A DNA stretch of 64,000 bases from the human T2T-CHM13v2.0 reference genome, Homo sapiens: NCBI RefSeq assembly GCF_009914755.1, contig NC_060946.1; one strand, given 5' to 3'. The translations under genes were made by a program, and so were the position numbers. The notes beneath the pieces were generated by a model that was not told where the DNA came from, made no database searches, and saw only the letters and a list, made by a program, of their open reading frames with translations. Positions 1 through 13,744 of this stretch are shown here, piece after piece (position 1 is the first letter of the stretch; each line of letters starts with the position of its first letter).

Positions 1-480
1 TTAGCCAGAGGATTTTAAAAAGCTTTCGCTTCACTTTTGTTCTTGCATTTGCTTTTGACTTTGTTTTGCTTTGCGCTCTCCTTGCTTCAAAAAAAAATGT
101 TAACTGATACAAACATTGTCCCAAAGAGTTGGTTGCAGATCACAGGCCCTCAGATGATTGGCATATTTGGAATAAGTTTTCAGGCTGAGAGGAGGGCAGA
201 GCAACAGTGAGCCAACCCCAACCCCAGCATTCCGGGGAGCACCTGCTGTCATCTTGTGGAAAGGGGCAAGGAACGCTGGCACCTGAAGCAGGATAGGTCA
301 CTTCAGACAAATGCCTGGCTTTGACATTTTTCCTGAAGGCGTCTGATAAATTGTGGCTGTTGATATTTTTGGCTGACTTTCCTATGAAAAGCAAATTCTG
401 TAGGTTTCTGGTTACATGATAAATTTCGTCCTCGCCAGATCTTCTAAGCGCACATGAGGGCCCTGATAGGGAGAGAGTGG

Positions 481-965
481 TGTGTTAGCTCCTCCCCTGC
501 TGTAACAAAGCACCACAGACACAGTGGCTCAAACCAACACGAAGTTCTTCTGGAGCTCAGAAGTCCTAAAATCAAGGTGTGGGCAGAGCTGCGTTCCTTC
601 TGGAGGCTCTGGAAGAAGAAGCCATTCCATTGCCTCTTCCAGCTCTTGGAGGAAACTGCTGGCCTTGGCTCCTGTCTCCTTCCTTCCTCTTCAAAGTCAG
701 CCTTGTAGCATCCTCCGATCTCTCCCAGTCTCTCTCCCCTTCTATCATCTCATCTCCTTTTCTCCCTCTCACCCTACTGTCTCTGCCTTAGAAGGACCCT
801 TGTGGTTACATTGGACCCACTTAAAGAATCCCAAATAATCTCCCATCTCCAGATCCTTATCTGGACGATAACTGCAAGGTCCCTTTTATGATGGAAGGTG
901 ATATAATCGCAAGTCCCAGGGTTAGGACATGCACATCTGTAGGGGGCTGTTATTCAGCCTAAAAC
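481..965 (-). mobile_element. MLT1-type MaLR LTR
   Basis: GCTGTAACAAA...CACCACAGAC, AAATCAAGGTGT, CCCATCTC signature; paralog at ~40355-40985. Confidence 0.6.
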
Positions 966-3900
966 AAGTTGCATCAAGAAAATTACAATGGGGATATCAA
1001 GGAGTTTGAAGAATCCCAACTCGTAGCCATGTCTAAGGGCTTTTCTGAGGTACAGGCCCCGCTAGAGGAAGCTGCTCCAACTCTGTTCCTGTCTGCTCCT
1101 GCCCCACTCTCTGTTTCTAGACAGCCTGCGTTCAAGTCATTGTGGCCCAAGACTGAACTGCAGAATGGAAAGGAGTGAGGCGCTGCAGCAGAAGGAGCTC
1201 GCTGTCAAAGCTCCAAAGAGCCGGAGACCATTTGCAGGGTGGGGTCTGAGGGAGGTTGGCAAGGAAAGGGGAGCATCATGTGGATTCCTTTCCATAGTCG
1301 TCATGAGCTAACACACTTCGCCCCAACAGCTGGCTTAGATTCTAATTGTGCCCAGGACTGGCCATGCAACCCTTGAGTAAATGCTGGCCACCTCTCTATG
1401 ACACCAAAAGGCCAGAAATTACCTGGCATGATAAAGAAGAAGGAGTCAAGTGTATAGGAGACCGGAGGGTTAGACTGGATTTCTCAGGCGCTTTCTGCCC
1501 TGACTGTGTGCTGCCAGGGCCCAGGAGATTCCCCTTTCCTTTGATGAGAAGAATCAGTGGATATTCTCTAGAGCTCTCTAGAATGGGGGAGGGGCTAGGA
1601 CCCTGGTCTCTTTAGGGTGGGAGAAATTCCAAGAGGCAAACCCTAGGGTGAGGCAGGTGGTGGCCAGAAGAAAAGAGTGTGGACACCAGGTCAGGAAGCA
1701 GGGAGGGCGCATGATCTGGGCTCAGGGACGTTCCACATGCAGAATCCAGCAACAGAGCTGGTGGACAGTCTACTGACTTCGCAAAACCCCCAGTCTGGTG
1801 AGCAGGCACCTGTCACAGGTCATCATGCTGGATGGCCCCTGCTTGTCACTCAATTCTCAGGCCTGACTCATAGCACAGACCCAGAGCCCTTGAAGGAAAG
1901 GGAGGCCAGGAGTCTGCAAAAGGCCCCGTCATTTCCCATAAGTGCAGCCTGTGAGCGTTCCTCCTACCTGTTCTCCCTGGACCTGGAGCGTCCCCTCAGA
2001 TCACAGGGGACGGCTTAAAGGAAACCCATCCCCAGGACTGTTGGATCCCATCCAGACTGACACCAATTCCTGGGACCCATAATGACCCAGAGTGCCACTG
2101 TGGTGTTCCAGTCAGAGGGGGGGTTACAGGGAACAAGTAATGAATGAATATCTGATTTCAGTTTACTTTTCAATAAGTCTATCACCTGGTTATTATTTTT
2201 TAAATTCCTGGGTGGATAACTGGAATGCATATTCTTGGAAGCTTCAGATTGTTCACGTAGACCCACGGATGATGACTATTTCAGTGACAGACGCCGGTGG
2301 AAGCCGTTGGTTTTACATACCTGCCTAAATATTTTAATCAGAGTCAACAGCAAATTCATGGAGGAGTTAGAGAGATTGCTGCCATCATCAAGGTTTAAAG
2401 GGAGCAGAAGCAGTGATTCCTGTGACTCACCTGTTCACCTCTTCAATGCAGCCAGTCGTCAGCAGGGAAACAACTGTTTGTCTTCCAACAGCAGAACAAA
2501 GCAGGAAGCTCATCAGTGGAAGCTGCCATTCCTAAGGTGTTCTTGTTAATGAAGCAAATAAACACAGCCTGCAGCTCTCAGTCTCTATCAATCAGGCTTC
2601 TTGGTCAAGCAGAGGTACCATCTCTGGTTTTTAAGGGCAGAAAACAACATGAAATTCACTGGAATCATATCAGAAGAGCCCCACCTGCAGAGGAGGCTGG
2701 AGTTTGGCTTGGAAGATAAAAAGAAGCCAAGACAGTGACACGGTATCAAGGCTGCGAGCACAAGAGCCCTGCTTTGTGAGGAGTGACACGGCCACAGCGC
2801 TGCCCCGCCACCTGCGGACATCATCTCTGCAGGTGCAGGACTCGGTCGCCCTCTTCTCTATTCTCCTCCTGGGCAGTCCTGCTGCTCTCACTGAGAATGG
2901 GTTCTAAGCACCCTGGGCTTTGCCTCACTTGCTCCAGTTTCAGAATCCCATGTGGAAGCAGCCAATTAGCCAGCCTAGCTCTTGGACAGGAGCCCTGGAT
3001 GCCAGAGTGGGAGTAGGGAGTGGGGAGAATCTACTTGCCTTAGAATCACAGAGGGAAATGGGCCCAGCCTCTCTCTATGACTACACATGCTGGCAAACCC
3101 CCAAAGTAGGAAGAGGAAAATAGATGCGGAAGAGTTCCCTGCTGTGAAACAAGTTTGTTCCATCTCTTGGTTCTAAATATTGACATCTTTGATTGTACAA
3201 GGCAGACCCCTAACTCTAATTTGCGAAAACTAAATAGAGATACATAACTCACAGACCATGAGGGCTGAATGCAGGTGCTTACACTGAGTTATGAGTACTC
3301 AACGTCTCTCAAATTCTGCTGTGCTTTCCTCCTGGCCCACCTGCTCCCACCAGGCCTGGCCTGCTGTGGAACACCTCTCAGGGATGGTTCCTGAAGAGCA
3401 GTGGAGCACACCTCACAGTCCAGGCTGCCTGGAAGGAGCGGTGTCCTCGGGAAGGATCTGCCTTGTTTGCTGGGTAACAGTTGAGGATTTGGCTGTAAGT
3501 TCAGCATTTTAGAAGGAATACGTCTGGAGGCTTGGTGACAAAGATATTTAGGGAAGAGGTATACAGATAAAGATTTTAGAATGAGCCCAGAGCAAAAAAA
3601 AGAAAGAGAAAAAAACTACCCCTGTCCCATGTGAATACTGACTAGAAAGTCTCCACTCTCAAGAGACTCATATACAGGGAAGAAGTCACTTTTGTGGCTG
3701 CAAGTCTCCTCTGTTCCCAGGGCGGCCCGGTATTTTCAGAATGGGCTCCATAACCAGGTGCGTGATGTGGAGCTCGGTGTAACCACGCAACACGGATCCC
3801 TCCTCAAGGCTGAGCACTTGGCATCGTCCAGTGAATCTCAACCCCGGAAGTCACAGCCTTAGAGAGCATGGAAATGGCCCGAAGAGGACTCAGTTCCATG

Positions 3901-4602
3901 TCAGAGGCTGGGAACTGCCTTTAGGATGTGCTATGTTTTGAATTCATACCCAAAATTTACCTCATTTCCTGTGATAGCCAGAATTTATGGAGCTGGACAG
4001 TAAGAGGTTAAGATGAGGGTGATAGCTCTATGGTTACAAACAATAAGTCACTTTCAAAAATCTTGTTTACAATACCCCTAACTCAGAGACTTTTAAGTCT
4101 AGAAGTTTCAGTATCTAAGGTGGGAATGCCTCCTGCAAGGCTGACAAAAGTGGTTTCAGAGGTGCCCATAGCTGGCTTCTCATGCTCCCTGATGTAGGGA
4201 TAGCAATGACGTCACTGGGTTAGATATAATCATGGATCATGATCATCCAGGGAAGCTCATGTTGTTACTACACAGCAGGACATGAGGAATCGAGGGATCC
4301 CCTAGGATTGCTCCTTGTAATACTCTAACAAGTTGTAAAGGTGAATAGGAAATTTCACCACCTTACTGAGGCCAGACCATCAAGGAGCTTAGACCCCACA
4401 AGAATGACTTCGCCCATAAGTAAGAGGAACATTGAGTGGAACAGTCAAAGACTTGTGACGGTGGCAGCAATGGTCAGTGGTGGTTGTAGCCTTGACCGCA
4501 CCTCTCTGTTTCCTACAAATACACACACAGAAAATGCTGAGATAGGAGCTGCCAATGGACCAAGAGAAAAATTGACAGTGTGCCGAGGCCTTCCTCCTGT
4601 GA

Positions 4603-5013
<411 letters not shown>

Positions 5014-7223
5014 GAAAAGGGTTCTTTTTGTTTGTATGAGAAGAAGGGTACGTGTGTGTGGTAGCAAGCAGTTGACTATATAAAATAAGCACAAATTCAG
5101 GTGACTGTTTGGCCAGAGGCTTCCCATTAGGGTTTGTGTCTCTGTTACTCATCGCTGTTCCTGATACCATAGCCTGACTGATTGGTTCAAGAACAGTCAC
5201 TGACCCAAGCTATCCTCCCATTTGAGAATGTGAAACTTTAATCAGAGACACTAGGAATCAAAGTGTGTGGAGCTAAGCCAGGTGCAGGCAGAGCCCTGAA
5301 AGGGCAAACCATATATTCCTGATGTTGGTAATGGTCTGCTCCTGTCCTTCCAAATTCTGTAGATTTTGTTCTTCCTTCCATCCTCTGACCTGCTCTAGTT
5401 CTCATCCAATGAATCTTCTATTTTGTTTAAGACAGATAGATTCTGTTTCTGTTGCTTGCAATTGAAAAATTTTTAAGCAATACTAGCAGTACAGTGGAAT
5501 TGCATCAAATGCAGGTAGCCTGATGGCATTTCAACTCTAAGTGTCAGGGCAAATGCTGGCTGGATCACTGAAGAAGTAAATTACTCAGTGTCAGAAACAT
5601 TCAAAGCTTAAGTGAAATGTATGAAAAGAATGGGAATTATCCAGGAATTGATGAACAATTGACAAACAAATGAAACACAATGTTCTGGCGTTAGGCAAGT
5701 CGGTGGCCGTTGCTCTGTTGACTTCTTCAGGAAGAAATAGATGAATCAACTGAAGGTCAGGGAAGCCTTGGCTGATGGAGAGTTACAGGGACTGAGGCAA
5801 GTGTTCTGCAGGATGCTACATAAAAAAGGACTAAGTAGGCCCTGGGTGCACTTTACGAGTGACTTAGGAGAGGTTCTGGGGTGATTTTGTGCATTCTGTA
5901 TCTCTTGCCCCTGCTCCGGGCTCCAGCTGAGGCGCCCAGCAGTTCTATATTCTATGCATGGAAATACAGATAATTAATGTCCACTGGGGCAAGGCCATGG
6001 GGGACAGGAGCAGTGGTTACAGGCCTCCCTCTCTCCTCCCTGTAGAGGAACATTCTGAAGACGCTCCTTGAAGACTCCTCAGGAGGTCTCCAGTCGCCCA
6101 CATGGGTGACCCTATCAAGAATTTCTCCCGGCATCAGTCTTCCATCCTTCTCCGTGTCACTCCTCCCAGTACCCCAGTCCTGCTCCTAGAATCACTTCCC
6201 AAACAAATCCTCTGCCTGGGAGCCTTGCCTAGGGCTCTCCCTTCAGGGGAACTCAGGCCACAACAGCCTACATTAGACAGCATGAAGGCTCTGGGCTTTT
6301 GTGCTAAGAGTAATAGGAAGCCATTGAAGACATGGAAGCCGGTGTTTGATGAAATCTGTGTTTTTATGGGTCAACTTGGCCCAAGGTGGAGGATGAGCTG
6401 GCCTAGCGGCAAGGGCTGTGTATCAGCGAAGACCATTTTGGAAGCTTTTGCAGGAGTCTGGGCGAAGTGAGAAGGCTGACTGGATGAGGGTGTTTGCAGA
6501 CTGGATGAGGGTATTTGCTGTCTGGCTGTCTGTCTCTGTCCCTCTATGTCTCATGGATTTTCTCTCAACCTACATACAGGCCCTTCTGATCTTAGCCTCA
6601 TGTGACCCATGTCAATCCTGGGCCCTGGCTGCTAGATCAGGACCACGCCTGTACTAGAGCCAAGCCAGAAGTCTACAAGTTTTCCCTGAGTGCTTCAGGG
6701 GCCACTGGGCACTGGGTTCGCAGAGAAATGAGCAGTCTGGAGAGTAAGCAGAAGGGGCCATGGAGGCCTAGCTCCCTGAGAGCCTGGAAGAAGAATCATG
6801 AGGAAGAGAAGTCAGGCACCCAGAGCCTAGGGGAGCCCATATATCAGCACACAAAGGCTCAGTCATCAGTCAGTGTTGCTTGAACACAAGTCTCTAGAAC
6901 ACAAGAGAAGAGGGCCAGGTGGATGTGAGATATCATCTTGTCCAGCCCCCCTTTCCCAGCTGATGAGGAAACTGAGGCTCAGAGAGATGGGGTCTCTTGA
7001 CTGCAGGCTGGTTCATCTCCTCAATGCACCACAACATTCCTTGACTTGTTCCTGGCATCTGGTTTTGCTTTTATTTTTCTTCACACATCAACGTTTCCAA
7101 TATAGCATTTGGAGTTTCATTGAAATGTCATCGGTCCCTCAGTGTACGCTGGCCCCAAGCAGGGCCGACCCCATGTCAAGTCCTCTTGCTGTCTGCTGAC
7201 ATCACCACAATCACCTTTACCAC

Positions 7224-7605
7224 TGTTAGGACAAAAACTTGAGACAGGAACTTGCCCTCAAAGCGGGAAAGGAGCCATGAGACCAAGGAATGACTCAAAC
7301 AAGTCCAGCTTGGCGAGTAGCTAAGTTTATTAGGACTTACACACAGGGCACTCAGCAAGACAGCTCGAGAGATCCGGCCTCCCCCAATGTCTAAACTGCT
7401 TTTCAGTTAATTTTCTGGCTCTTTGTCTACTATATATGAGCAACGAGACTTTTACTTGGTTGGTTCTCAGATACTCTCCAGGATGTTTGGATTCTCAGAG
7501 ACACCTGGTCCTCAGCTGGGCACCATGGAAATGGCTCATTACCCGGCCTTCAGGGTTCAAGCAGGGGACATGCACCCTTAAATAACCTAAAGGGGACCTG
7601 TCACA
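7224..7605 (-). mobile_element. Old solo LTR carrying the APOL4 distal poly(A) signal (family uncertain)
   Basis: TG...CA ends, ~380 bp, internal AATAAA on the minus strand; paralog at 44253-44642. Confidence 0.55.
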
Positions 7606-9250
7606 CTACAACCACCACCACCATCATCAAGAAGCCACTGGCTGACTCAGATACACCCCTGGGAGGACAAGGGAGAGTGGATGCTGGTAAGACAGGGCGA
7701 GAGACCATCACCAGGGAAGGATTCCATTCTTGGAAGGACATCAAACCGGGGGGCGGGTCTGTAGTGGAGCCGCTGTTTCTTCTCCTGTATCCAACAGTTC
7801 TAACTGTGGCTTTCTCCATTTTCAGCTCTTTCTTTTCCTGGTCTTCTCATTGCTGGTTCCTACGTGCCTCCCTCTCTTCCTCCCCCAATATACTCTTTAG
7901 TCTAGAGTAAACTGCTTCTTTCCATTCCCCACACTCTCCAGTCCCCTCTCCTCCCTTATTCCAGGCCCCAGCATTTCTGCCTTCTCCTTGGTGCACTTGC
8001 CATCTTGAGTAACCCCTCCCCTGCTGTGCTCAGCTACAGATGCCAAAGTTCCTAACACTGAGTTCCATAAACTTTACCTCGCCCTCTTTATTCCCCTAAA
8101 AAATGTCTGCGTTTTGTCCCGGCCTGTGTCTGGCTCACCTTCCCTGGTGGCTGCACTGCTCTGGGGTCATTGGGTATCGGGGAACCTGCCCCGATGGTCA
8201 CGTAGGTTCTTTTCTATTTTCCCTAAGTGTTGGCCGGTTTGAGAAATAAAGGCACAGAGTACAAAAGAGAGAAATTTTAAAGCTAGGTGTCCAGGGGAGA
8301 CATCACACATCAGTAGGTTCCGTGATGCCTCACAAGCTGCAAAACCAGCAAGTTTTTATTAGGGACTTTCAAAAGGGGAGGGAGTGTATGAATAGGGTGT
8401 GGGTCACAAAGATCACCTACTTCACAAGGTAATAGAATATCACAAGGCAAGTGGAGGCAGGGTGAGATCACAGGACCACAGGACCGGGGAGAAATTAAAA
8501 TTGCTAATGAGGTTTCAGGCACCATTGTCATTGATAACATCTTATCAGGAGACAGGGTTTTGAGAGCAACCGGTCTGACCAAAATTTATTAGGCGGGAAT
8601 TTCCTCTTCCTAATAAGCCTGGGAGCACTATGGGAGACTGGGGTTTATTTCATCCCTACAGTCTCGACCATAGAAGATGGCCACACCCAAGGAGGCCATT
8701 TATAGACCCACCCTCAGGGGTGCATTCTCTTTCTCAGGGATGTTCCTTGCTGAGAAAAAGAATTCAGCGATATTTCTCCCATTTGCTTTTGAAAGAAGAG
8801 AAATATGACTCTGTTCCACCCGGCTCACTGTTGGTCAGAGTTTAAGGTTATCTCTCTTATTCCCTGAACAATTGCTGTTATCCTGTTCTTTTTTCAAGGT
8901 GCCCAGATTTCATATTGTTCAAACACACATGCTCTACAATTTGTGCAGTTAACGCAATTATCACATGGTCCTGAGGTGACATACATCCTCCTCAGCTGAC
9001 AGGATTAGGAGATTAAAGTAAAGACAGGCATAAGAAATCACAAGGGTATTGATTGGGGAAGTGATAAGTGTCCATGAAATCTTCACAATTTGTGTTTAGA
9101 GATTGCGGTAAAGACAGGCATAGGAAATTATAAAAGTATTAATTTGGGGAACTAATAAATGTCCATGAAATCTTCACAATCCACGTTCTTCTGCCATGGC
9201 TTCAGCCAGTCCCTCCGTTTGGGGTCCCTGACTTCCCGCAACAATTGGGC
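7310..9250 (-). other. APOL4: APOL4 3' UTR (contains a MER11 LTR; distal AATAAA at 7326-7331)
   Basis: Follows the TAG; paralogous to the APOL2 3' UTR; AATAAA at the equivalent position in both genes. Confidence 0.7.
8175..9243 (-). mobile_element. ERVK solo LTR, MER11 family (B/C-like)
   Basis: Minus-strand start TGTTGCGGGAAGTCAGGGACCCC; ~1.07 kb; 6-bp TSD ATTGGG at 8169-8174 and 9244-9249; absent from the APOL2 paralog. Confidence 0.88.
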
Positions 9251-10088
9251 CTAGCCTGCTTTTAGACTCTGATGGATATGGGTGAGCTCATTGAGATTCT
9301 CCTCCAGCTCCTGAGCCCACTGCCTCAGCAACTCAGCAGACTCGGATTTTTCCCCCTTGTGCAAGTCCAGTGAGTCTTGCACAAGGTTGACTACATCCAG
9401 CACAACGAGGACACCTGAAGTGGCCTTGCCCAGGTTCCGGGCTACTTTTCTCACTATCCGGGTGGGGGCCCCACGTGTTCTCAGTGTCTCAACAACATTT
9501 ATAGGTACATATCGCCAAGCAATCAAAGGGCGTCCAACAGTGGCTTTAGATCTCCTGAGTGTATGGACATCATTCGCAATCATTTTTGTGGCTTCGTCAA
9601 AATCAAGTGCAAAGGAAAGCACATTGGGTGTGATGTCATGCAGAATGTCCCTTAATGCCTCCAATTGGTCAGTGCTGGTTGCAGTCAGCCTGCTGGCTGT
9701 GAGTTCTGCTGACCTTGTGTATGTGTTCTCCACGATGCTGGAGGCGATCCCAGCCGTGGCAGATGCTATTCCCAGCCCTACCCCAGCTGCAGTAATGCTC
9801 AGGCTCAGCCCTGCTGTAAATGGTGCCAACATAACGCCAATGACAGACAGGATGCCAGTGGAGCCAGACACCACATTGGCGATGACGCAGCCTCTGTGGA
9901 CCTTTTCAATCTCATTTGCAATGACACGAAGCCTTTCTATGGACTCCTGAATCTTCCATCTGATTTGAGGAAACTCTTTCAAAAACCACTCCCTAAACTG
10001 CTGTTCTTTTTGCTGCATGTCTTTGTCCTCAATAGCCACATATGGTGTAAGATTCTTCAGAGCTTCATAGAGAGCATCTGCTTCTTCC
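9251..10088 (-). CDS. APOL4: APOL4 terminal coding exon (R|EEADALYEALKNLTPYVAIEDK...IHQSLKAG*)
   Basis: ORF 9251..10039 extends upstream without a stop to acceptor TACAG|G at 10089-10091. It contains ApoL motifs (WFLKEFP, LAPFT, LDVV, KSESAE). With the upstream exons, 44+47+127+838=1056 nt = 351 aa, the length I recall for APOL4. Confidence 0.97.
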
Positions 10089-10234
10089 CTGTACCAATAA
10101 AGGACAGATGATTAAGAAAGGCAGCTTACTTACCTGTAAAATGAGCTCAATAAGATCTATTCTGCATAAATCACAGAGCTGTTTCTATAAGTCAAATGGA
10201 AGTAAAGTTCTAAAAGATAAATAATTCTTTTCAA

Positions 10235-10542
<308 letters not shown>

Positions 10543-13486
10543 TCAAGGTTAAATATGTTTTGTACAACATAGATATGCCACAGTACTTATTCAGTATGGG
10601 AAAAAATAAGTTAAAGTCATCTTCCGATGCTCTTTAGTGGCTATGTGTTTGATAAAGATGGCTCCTCATGCAAGGGAGGTCAATGCCATCACTACCAGGG
10701 TGTGTGGAGAGGGGAAACTTTGTAGAAAAACAAAGAGAAGTGGGTTCAGAGCAAAAAGACCTTCATTCAGAGGATCATAGAACAGTGATGAATTAACTTT
10801 ATTAGAAGAGAGCATATCCCTTTGTCCTCGGCCCCTGGAAAGGGATCTCTGGGGCCCTGGAATGTCCTGCCTGGTAGGAACGTCTTTGTTTCCCTGGTGG
10901 TTTGGCTACAGGCCAGTATAGCAATGTGATGGGTGATGGGCGTTTAGGGCTATTAGGTGTCTCATCTGCCTTCCAGAGGAACTGAGGACTAAAGGGGTTA
11001 GACCTTGGGGAAGGGCTGGAGACTCCATGTCTGCCATGACGGCAGCTTGTGATCCAGCCCCAGGAAGAGCTCTGCATTGTCATGAGTTAAGAAAGACTTA
11101 CTCCTTGGCCAAACTTCAGTTGGGCGGTTCTGAGCCTCTTCTCCTCTAGACATTGACCTTGGCCTTCCATGCCCATCCCGTGCTTGCTGGGCCTGCACCG
11201 CCCCAGCTCAGCAAGAATCCCCCAAAGTCAATTTAGAGAGGATCCCCCCAGCTTGCTGTCTGAGCACACTTGCTCTCTGATCACGGTCTTCACCCATTCA
11301 TTTGATAAGCGACTGTCTGACCTGCCTTTAGGGAGCATCCTGTTAGGCCAGTTTAGCAGGAACCCCCCACTCTGGTGTCTCCTGTCAGTCCTGTTCCATC
11401 TGCCGCCCCTTACCCTGGTGTTGGCTGTGACTCCCCCTCTGACTTTACTGTATTGGGAGCTGGGCTCAGTCTCCCTCCCCTGTAACAACAATCCTGAATA
11501 AAGGCTTCCTTCCTGATTTAATGTGATTCACAGGAATTTTTCCTTAACTGGGTGAGCTTCCCTGGTTGGCAACACCCCATGTGTTTTGTTCCACATTGAC
11601 ACAGGAGAACACAGCCTCCTGAGGACAATGAAGCTTCACACCTGAAACCCTCTCAGACTCTGCCCTGTGTGTCTCTTCCTTAATCTGTGTTCTTTCCCTG
11701 TGATAAACCACAATCGTGCAATAACAGTTATCAGTGAGTTACGTGAGTCCTTGTAGTGAATTATCCAACCTGAGGGGGGCTTAAGAAAGCCCCTCAAGTT
11801 TGCAACTGGTGTCAGAAGTAAGGGTGCACTCGAACATTGCAGTTCACCTAAATCTGAGTCCTTAAGAATTCAAACACAACCTCAGACTAGAAGGTGTCAA
11901 TTTGCCTGGCATGTTCTCTCTTCCAATGCCTCATGCCCTTTGACGTTCTGACTAAAGGCCACTGGGTCCAGCCACTGCCACCTATGACTGAAAAGTGGAA
12001 GACCTGGCTATTAGTCCTGGCTGCACACAAACTCTCAAGCCACCTTACTGCCTCCTGACCTGGCACCTCCAAACTTCAGGGTCTCACTCTCACATGTCAC
12101 CAGCCAAACTAATGCCTTAGCAAGTGACAGCTTCATGTGTATACAGGTCAAGGCCCTGTACAATTTCATGGAAGCTCTTGAGGACTCATGAGGACTTTGA
12201 AAATCATCTCTATAAATCACTAATGCTGAAAAGACCTGCATTTGGACAAGATGGTAGAGAAAGTGTTTTTCTCTTTGGTTGGGGACTTGTGAGTCTTCCG
12301 AGAACCCTTCAAATTACACCAGTTGAAGCCACTCGTCCCCACTCTGGAAGTTGGCCTGAAGAAACATTGCCTCTACTCTATGTAGAACAGAAGAAGGTTT
12401 CAAATGGCAGCCCAGAACTCCCCATTTCCCAGGCATGGTGTCGGGGAAACAGTCACCCATGGCCCACTATGCCCATCAGTGATGGGATCAAATCAGGGAG
12501 GGAAGAAATATCCCTCTCCTACTCACGGGTCTTCTGCAAGTCCATGACCATGTTACATTTCATGCTCTCAGTGTCTCCCTTCTCTCATCCTCCTCCCAGC
12601 CTTGATGCTCCAGCCTTCCTGCTGCTCCTCCAATCTAGGCCCACCCCTGCCCCATCCTGACCCCTGGCTCTGCCCCTGGCAATGTCTCTCTGGGTCTTTG
12701 GGCGGCATCATGCTATTTGGTTCCCCACCTTTGACCTGGAGTTCATTCTAAGGCCTTCACCACACTCCCATCTGATTGAATTACTAATAGCATTGGACAG
12801 ACGGCAGGTCCCAGTCTCCAAGACATAAACCAACAGCCCCAGAGCTGTGCAGGGACAGAGCCAGGATCCACCCCAGCTCTGTCCAACTCCATTCCAGCCT
12901 CTCTGTGTCCTGGGTCAGCAGAAGGATTCTGCTGTGTTTGTGCAGTTCCTCAGAAGTTCAGGAAAAGGGCCCCAGACAGCATCTCCAGGAACACACATTG
13001 ATCAGGTCAAGATTTTTCTGACTTTTCCCAAAGAAAGTCCTGCTGGGCTTCCATCTCTAAGAAAAAGACTTTTGGTCCTGGTCTCTTGCCAGCAAGTTTT
13101 GTAAAAGGTAACGCTAACTGAGCACCTACTGTGTGTCAGTCATTATGCTAAATACTTTACATGCATTATCTTATTTTTCTCACAATAAAGCTCAATGGAT
13201 GAAGAAAGGAAAGCAGAAAGTAGTCAAGTAGCTTGCAAAGCTCCCATCACCAGTAGATGGCAGAACTGACCCTGCCCTTGTGGGCTTCTTCTCCCCTCAG
13301 CCTGAGGTCACTCACTGCCAGCGAAGCACTTGGAGGAAATATTCTTCCTGCACTGCTGAGAGGGACATCCTCAAGCCCAGCAGAGGGGGCTGCCTGGAGG
13401 AGGTGTGCCTGCCAGAGAAAACTAGCCCGGGGAGATCTGGGTGGCATCACCGGGGTGCCCCAAGGAGGTAACCCCATGGAGGTTAC

Positions 13487-13613
13487 CTGGGCAATTCAGC
13501 CACACGCACGAATCTCTTCCAGGCTTCATCGCTAGTCAGCAGGATTTTCAGATGCACTGGGCTAACTTTCTTCTGGAAGTATTCAATGACTTCTTCAGTG
13601 AAGCGTTTCTTTT
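13487..13613 (-). CDS. APOL4: APOL4 127-bp internal coding exon (EKKRFTEEVIEYFQKKVSPVHLKILLTSDEAWKRFVRVAELPR)
   Basis: Acceptor CAACTAG|, donor CAG|GTAACC. Phases 1/2 fit the neighbouring exons. Paralogous to the APOL2 exon 49460-49586. Confidence 0.95.
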
Positions 13614-13744
13614 CTAGTTGGAAACAAAAAGGATAAGATTGGAAGAAAGTTTGCTACCACATAAATGGCATTGAGTATAAGGTGGTTCGGTGTTAATCCT
13701 CCTGAACCAGCTGTCACATGGGGTATTTTTGATGGAGGCACCAG

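Noticed and set aside
1000-4480. Possible ERVL/MaLR internal sequence
   Set aside because: Resembles decayed retroviral internal DNA, but I cannot assign family or boundaries without RepeatMasker.
9000-9180. ~110-bp tandem repeat (AAAGACAGGCATA...GTCCATGAAATCTTCACAAT)
   Set aside because: Lies inside the MER11 LTR and is most likely its internal repeat structure; not a CRISPR-like array.
9357-9950. 197-aa plus-strand ORF
   Set aside because: Antisense shadow of the APOL4 terminal exon; no independent evidence.
12124-12660. 178-aa intronic ORF with a 'homolog' at 63433-63714
   Set aside because: The similarity reflects DNA duplication; frames are not conserved in the APOL2 copy.
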